Assembly: GCA_963790305.1 (NCBI GenBank) | Contig: CAWBOC010000006.1 | Span: forward strand, 256,001 to 320,000 | Reading direction: 5' to 3' | Source of the DNA: an uncultured Gemmatimonadaceae bacterium | Lineage (GTDB): Bacteria > Gemmatimonadota > Gemmatimonadetes > Gemmatimonadales > Gemmatimonadaceae | DNA length: 64,000 nucleotides | Shown here: piece by piece, positions 59,506 through 64,000 of the stretch | Numbering within the stretch: the stretch's first letter is position 1 | Layout: each line of letters begins with the position of its first letter | Program-made: the position numbers and the translations under genes | The notes under the pieces: generated by a model | The model's input: only the letters and a program-made list of their open reading frames with translations | The model's database searches: none | Told to the model about the DNA's origin: nothing

Positions 59506-61292
59506 CCAGCTCCTCCGTCCAGGGAAATGTGCAGCTCCCGGAGGTCTTCCGGCCGCACGGCGACGGGCGCGCCCTCGAAGAGCGCGGCCGCTTTCGTCGT
59601 CTTCGGAAACGCGATCACGTCGCGCAGCGACTCCGCGCCCGCAAGCAGCATTGTGATGCGGTCGAACCCGAACGCGATCCCTCCGTGCGGGGGAGCGCCC
59701 GCGCGCAGCGCCTCGAGCAGAAAGCCGAACCGCATTTCCGCGGTTGCCTCATCGAGGCCGAGCAGTCCGAACACACGACTCTGCAACCGCGGATCACCAA
59801 TGCGGATGCTCCCGCCACCGAGCTCCGTCCCATTGAGAATCACGTCGTATGCGAGCGAGCGCACGCGCTCCGGATCCTTCTCGAGGAGATGCTCGTCGTC
59901 GGGATGCGGTGCGGTAAACGGGTGATTGACCGACTGAAGCTCCCCGCTTTTCGGGTCGCGCACGAACAAGGGAAAGTCCACCACCCACAGGAATGCGTTG
60001 GTGTTAGGCGGCACCAGCGCCATCCGTGTGGCGATCTCATGCCGCACCCGATCGAGCGCGGGACTCGAGACGTGTTCGGGCCCCGCGACGGCGAGCAGAA
60101 GCTCACCGTCTTTCACCGCGAGACGCTCGATCGCGCCGGCGGACAGAAACTTCGCTGGCCCGCCCTCGAGCGATCCCCCCTGCCCTTTGAGACGGAGCAG
60201 TCCGGCTGCCCCGAGCGTCTTCGCGGCCGCCTCGATCTCATCGACTTGCTTGCGTGACAACGCGGATCCGCCGGGAACCCGAATCCCTCGGACTCGACCC
60301 CCCTTGGCGATCGCATCGCGCGTAATCGTGAACTCGGCGCCACGAAACGCCTCGGTGAGATCCTCGATCTCGAGACCAAAGCGAAGATCGGGCTTGTCGG
60401 ATCCAAACCGCTCCATCGCGTCGGAGTACTTCATACGAGGAAAGGGGACGTCGACCTCCTGACCGCCCTCGCGCCACAGCGCCTGCACGAGACCCTCGGC
60501 GGCGTTCATGACGTCCTCCGATCCTACGAAGGCGGCCTCGACGTCGATCTGCGTGAACTCCGGCTGGCGATCGGCTCGGAGATCCTCGTCGCGAAAGCAC
60601 CGAGCGATCTGAAAGTACCGATCGAACCCGGAGATCATGAGCAGCTGCTTGTAGAGCTGCGGCGATTGGGGCAGCGCGTAGAACTCGCCCGGGTGCACTC
60701 GACTGGGAACCAGGTAGTCGCGAGCCCCTTCGGGGGTCGGTTTCGTGAGGATCGGGGTCTCGACCTCGAGGAAACCGAGCGCGTCGAAGTAGCGGCGCGT
60801 CGCCTGCATGAGGCGGTGACGCAGAATGATGTTCCGCTGCAGCTCGGGGCGGCGCAGGTCGAGGTGGCGATGGCGCAGACGCAGCTCCTCCGCGGGCAGG
60901 ATCTCACCCTTGCCCCGCGCCACCGGGATCGCCGGTGTCATCGCGGGACCGACGACACGGAGAGTCGCCGCGCGCACCTCGACGTCGCCGGTGGGGAGCT
61001 CGGGGTTCCGCATGCTCTCGGGACGAGCAACGACATCACCTTCGATGAGCACGACCGTCTCCGCCCCCAGCCCCGCGGCGGCGTCGATTATCGGCGGAGC
61101 GGCCGAGCGGGGGTCGAAGGAGATTTGGACCAGCCCTGCGCGGTCTCGAAGATCAATGAAGACGATTCCGCCGAGCGCGCGGCGGCGGTGCACCCATCCT
61201 CCAAGACGCACGCGTGTGCCCGCGTGCTCCGACCGCAGCGAGCCGGCCAGATGCGTCCGGTGCCGCACGGCGTAGGGGTGTTCCGCCCTCAT
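59502..61292 (-). CDS. aspS: Aspartate--tRNA ligase
   Basis: FIDLRD, PEGARDY, ALPQSPQ, FRDEDLRADRQPEFTQ, GAPPHGGIAFGFDR. Confidence 0.97.
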   Translation of the reverse strand: MRAEHPYAVRHRTHLAGSLRSEHAGTRVRLGGWVHRRRALGGIVFIDLRDRAGLVQISFDPRSAAPPIIDAAAGLGAETVVLIEGDVVARPESMRNPELPTGDVEVRAATLRVVGPAMTPAIPVARGKGEILPAEELRLRHRHLDLRRPELQRNIILRHRLMQATRRYFDALGFLEVETPILTKPTPEGARDYLVPSRVHPGEFYALPQSPQLYKQLLMISGFDRYFQIARCFRDEDLRADRQPEFTQIDVEAAFVGSEDVMNAAEGLVQALWREGGQEVDVPFPRMKYSDAMERFGSDKPDLRFGLEIEDLTEAFRGAEFTITRDAIAKGGRVRGIRVPGGSALSRKQVDEIEAAAKTLGAAGLLRLKGQGGSLEGGPAKFLSAGAIERLAVKDGELLLAVAGPEHVSSPALDRVRHEIATRMALVPPNTNAFLWVVDFPLFVRDPKSGELQSVNHPFTAPHPDDEHLLEKDPERVRSLAYDVILNGTELGGGSIRIGDPRLQSRVFGLLGLDEATAEMRFGFLLEALRAGAPPHGGIAFGFDRITMLLAGAESLRDVIAFPKTTKAAALFEGAPVAVRPEDLRELHISLDGGAG

Positions 61293-61642
61293 TGCGCGGG
61301 CTCCACGCGGCGCACTCGTAAGGCGAGGAGCATGCCTGCCGAAGCGCCGAGCACGTCAGCGATCCAGTCGGCCGCTCCGGGATCCCGCGCGAAGAACCGC
61401 TGGTGCCACTCGTCCACGGCTGCGAAAATGGCGATCGCCAGCACGACCAGTGCGAGCGTCCTTGCCGTGCGAGTGCGAACGGCTCGAGTCACGAGCCAAC
61501 CGAGGCCTGCGTAGAGCACGAAGTGCACGACTTTGTCCAAATGCGGGATACCGCCCGGGGCCTCGGGCGGCGAAGGGATCGACGTCAACACGAGGATAAG
61601 AGCCGCCCACAGCGCGGGCGGCAGCCATCGTCCCGCGCTCAC
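61289..61642 (-). CDS. VanZ family membrane protein
   Basis: DKVVHFVLY, DEWHQ..R, DWIADVLG. Confidence 0.88.
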   Translation of the reverse strand: MSAGRWLPPALWAALILVLTSIPSPPEAPGGIPHLDKVVHFVLYAGLGWLVTRAVRTRTARTLALVVLAIAIFAAVDEWHQRFFARDPGAADWIADVLGASAGMLLALRVRRVEPAQ

Positions 61643-62097
61643 GCGGCCTCCGACCGCCGGATGACGTCGAGGAAGGCCTCAGCCGTGGGCGCGGCAAGCA
61701 GGTCGGTACGAAGCCGATCTCGTCGAAGGAGTCGCGAGATGCGGCTCAGAGCTTTGACGTGAGCGCCGGATGCGCTTTCGGGACCGACCAATAGGAAAAA
61801 AAGGTGAACGGGCTGGCCGTCGAGTGCGTCGAAGTCGATCGCGTCTCGCGCAACGCCCGCCGCGAGCATGAGCTGCTCGACGTGCGGCGTCTTCCCGTGT
61901 GGTATTGCCACGCCTCCACCGATGCCCGTGCTCAGCACCTGCTCCCGCTCGCGCACTGCTGCGAGCATCGATTCCACCGAGTCAGCGTTACGACGCGTCG
62001 CCGCGAGCTCGACCAGCTCGCGGAGCACGTCGTTCTTCGTTCCGCTGCCGAGTGGGACCCTGACCCGGTCCACGGTGAGCAGCTCAGTCAGCAGCAC
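61639..62097 (-). CDS. PTS EIIA component (Ntr/fructose type)
   Basis: REQVLSTGIGGGVAIPHGK, FDALDGQPV, HVKALSRISR. Confidence 0.92.
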   Translation of the reverse strand: MLLTELLTVDRVRVPLGSGTKNDVLRELVELAATRRNADSVESMLAAVREREQVLSTGIGGGVAIPHGKTPHVEQLMLAAGVARDAIDFDALDGQPVHLFFLLVGPESASGAHVKALSRISRLLRRDRLRTDLLAAPTAEAFLDVIRRSEAA

Positions 62098-62166
62098 GGA
62101 CGCTCCACGAACCTGGACTGAAAGAAGTGAATCTACACCCCCCGCGGGCGAGCGGGAAGCGTTTTC

Positions 62167-62195
62167 TTGACGTTGGGGCGCCTCGCGGGTATTGT
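62167..62195 (+). promoter_or_regulatory. Sigma70 promoter, probably giving a leaderless transcript
   Basis: TTGACG-N17-TATTGT with the ATG 8 nt after the -10 element. Confidence 0.6.
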
Positions 62196-62203
62196 CGAAG
62201 TGC

Positions 62204-63100
62204 ATGCGCCACTTGGTTTTCGCGCTCGCGATCGCGGCGCTCGTCCCCGCGGTCGCGGCCGCGCAGCGCGTGCCTGGACGGGACCTCGTGCAGTTCCCGC
62301 TGGCGGCGCTCGATCGCCCGGCAGCCCTGCCGACCGACCTCGCCGACGGGCTAGGGAACGCGGCGACGCTCGTCGCGCTGAACGGGGCGAAGCTCCGTGT
62401 CGGGGCCGCCGCGCTCCAGACGCCTGAGACCCAGGGGGTGAGCGCGCAGCTGCTGTCGGCCGCGCATTCGCTCTCGGAGCGCATCGTCGTCGGCCTCTCC
62501 GCCGCTCGGTGGAGTGTCGATGACATCGCGTCGACGACCACGAGTCCGGACGTCTCCGACGGGGACGTAGGCTACAGCACAGCGATGCTTTCGATGTCGG
62601 CAGCGCGACGGAACACGCGAAACGTTTCGGTAGGATTGTCACTTCGCGCGCGAACAGGGTCGATCGGTGGCACACGCCGCACGGCGGTGGCGGTGGACGG
62701 TGGCGTGCTTCTCGACAGCTTGTGGCGGGACGCGCGCGTCGGCGTTGCCTCTTTTCTATGGCGGCCGGCGCAGACGGGAGATGAGCGCACCACGCTCCAC
62801 GTGGCCGGCGACTTGCGCGTCTGGGGGACGTCGGCCGTGCGTGAAGCGCGGGCCGGGGTGTCGGCGGACTTTACCGAGCCTGACGAGCGCCTCGAGTTCC
62901 TGTACGCGTCGGGGCGGTATGGCCCGCTCGCGGTACGCCTGGGACTGGCGCGCACTGTTCAGTGGGAGACCGGACCGTGGCGCGCCCGCCTGGGTGTGGG
63001 GTTTCATTACGACAAGTACGTCGTCGCCGTGGCACGCGAAGAAGGCGCCAACGGCCTCGGCGCCATCTATCAATTCACGATGAACGCGACCTATCCGTGA
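62204..63100 (+). CDS. Exported probable outer-membrane beta-barrel protein
   Basis: Signal peptide ending AAA-Q; amphipathic beta-strand pattern. Confidence 0.6.
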   Translation: MRHLVFALAIAALVPAVAAAQRVPGRDLVQFPLAALDRPAALPTDLADGLGNAATLVALNGAKLRVGAAALQTPETQGVSAQLLSAAHSLSERIVVGLSAARWSVDDIASTTTSPDVSDGDVGYSTAMLSMSAARRNTRNVSVGLSLRARTGSIGGTRRTAVAVDGGVLLDSLWRDARVGVASFLWRPAQTGDERTTLHVAGDLRVWGTSAVREARAGVSADFTEPDERLEFLYASGRYGPLAVRLGLARTVQWETGPWRARLGVGFHYDKYVVAVAREEGANGLGAIYQFTMNATYP

Positions 63101-64000
63101 GCGAGAAGATCAACCTGCTCGATCTGGTGCCTGACGAGGCGGAGCGCATGCTGCGCGAGTTCGCGGTCGCGCACGGCGAGGCCGCGTACCGGGGGGCGCA
63201 GGTCGCGCGCCGTCTCTGGACGAACCCGGCGCCGACGTTCGACGCAATGTCGGAGCTTCCGCGGGCCGTTCGCGAGCTTCTCGCGCAGAACTTCTCCCTG
63301 CCCCGCCTCGAGATCGTCGCGCGCCAACGGTCGGTAGATGGGACGGAGAAGTTTCTCTTTCGCCTTCCGGATGGCGAAGCGATCGAGAGCGTGTCGATTC
63401 CCGAAGGGAGCCGCACGACGCTGTGCATCTCCTCGCAGGCCGGTTGCGCGCTCCAGTGCGCCTTCTGCGCCACCGGACGGATGGGGTTCGCTCGCAATCT
63501 CGCCGTGTGGGAGATTGCCGGGCAGGTACGCGAGATGCGGCTGCTCGATCCGCCCATCGCCATCACCAACATCGTGTTCATGGGCATGGGCGAGCCGATG
63601 ATGAACTGGAAGGCGGTCGACCCCGTGCTCACCATTCTCAACGCGCCGACTGGGATGGGCATCGGCGCGCGCCACATCACGGTATCGACGGTCGGAGTCC
63701 TCCCGGGTATCGAAGCGCTCGCGACACGACCGGAGCAATTCCGGCTCGCCATCTCGATCCACGCGCCGTCCGACGCGCTGCGGCGCGAGCTCATGCCGAT
63801 CAACGTGAAGTACCCGTTGGCGCAGGTGATCGACGCAGCCCGTGCGTTCGATCGCCGTGTCACCTTCGAGTACGTTCTGCTCGGCGGCGTGAATGACGCT
63901 GTCGAGCATGCCTTGCAGCTTGGCAGGCTCGCGAAGGACTGTGGCGCGTTCGTGAACCTCATCCCGCTGCACCCAGGCGGTGCGCTGGAATTCCGCCCGT
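63097..64000 (+). CDS. rlmN: 23S rRNA (A2503-C2)/tRNA methyltransferase RlmN, 5' part only (runs off the window edge)
   Basis: Manual translation: DGTEKFLF, CISSQAGCALQCAFCATG, NIVFMGMGEP, TFEYVLL; missing from the ORF track because there is no stop in the window. Confidence 0.95.
   Translation, partial: MSEKINLLDLVPDEAERMLREFAVAHGEAAYRGAQVARRLWTNPAPTFDAMSELPRAVRELLAQNFSLPRLEIVARQRSVDGTEKFLFRLPDGEAIESVSIPEGSRTTLCISSQAGCALQCAFCATGRMGFARNLAVWEIAGQVREMRLLDPPIAITNIVFMGMGEPMMNWKAVDPVLTILNAPTGMGIGARHITVSTVGVLPGIEALATRPEQFRLAISIHAPSDALRRELMPINVKYPLAQVIDAARAFDRRVTFEYVLLGGVNDAVEHALQLGRLAKDCGAFVNLIPLHPGGALEFRP

Overview
High-GC bacterial chromosomal window. Gene order and protein style suggest Gemmatimonadota (inference). 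It is mostly densely packed housekeeping genes on the minus strand: tpiA-pgk-gap, aroE, tsaC, ispD, radA, dnaB, coaBC, rpoZ, gmk, pepA, icd, gltA, tRNA-Leu(CAA), rpmA/rplU, RNase E/G, recQ, ybeY, phoH, aspS, plus a partial rlmN on the plus strand. Two metabolic clusters stand out. (1) A plus-strand, TetR-led aromatic-CoA operon (20346-29857) resembles a compact Box (benzoyl-CoA epoxidation) pathway. It has a short BoxB-like diiron epoxidase, a single-domain half-size BoxC-like ring-opening crotonase, ALDH, isomerase, hydratase, 3-hydroxyacyl-CoA dehydrogenase and thiolase, but no BoxA reductase or CoA ligase in the window, and a PaaR-type operator at its promoter. (2) A minus-strand B12 mutase cluster (43608-51770) whose large subunit has isobutyryl-CoA-mutase rather than methylmalonyl-CoA-mutase residues. 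It is linked to MeaB, a lone carboxyltransferase, split AtuA-like genes and a crotonase. Non-coding signals include a family of 7-mer-repeat hairpin elements (some inside coding frames), a ~400-nt structured leader before RNase E/G, and several readable promoters and operators. Eight genes carry single-base frameshifts that are most likely sequencing errors. No CRISPR array, rRNA, transposase, integrase or prophage gene was seen.
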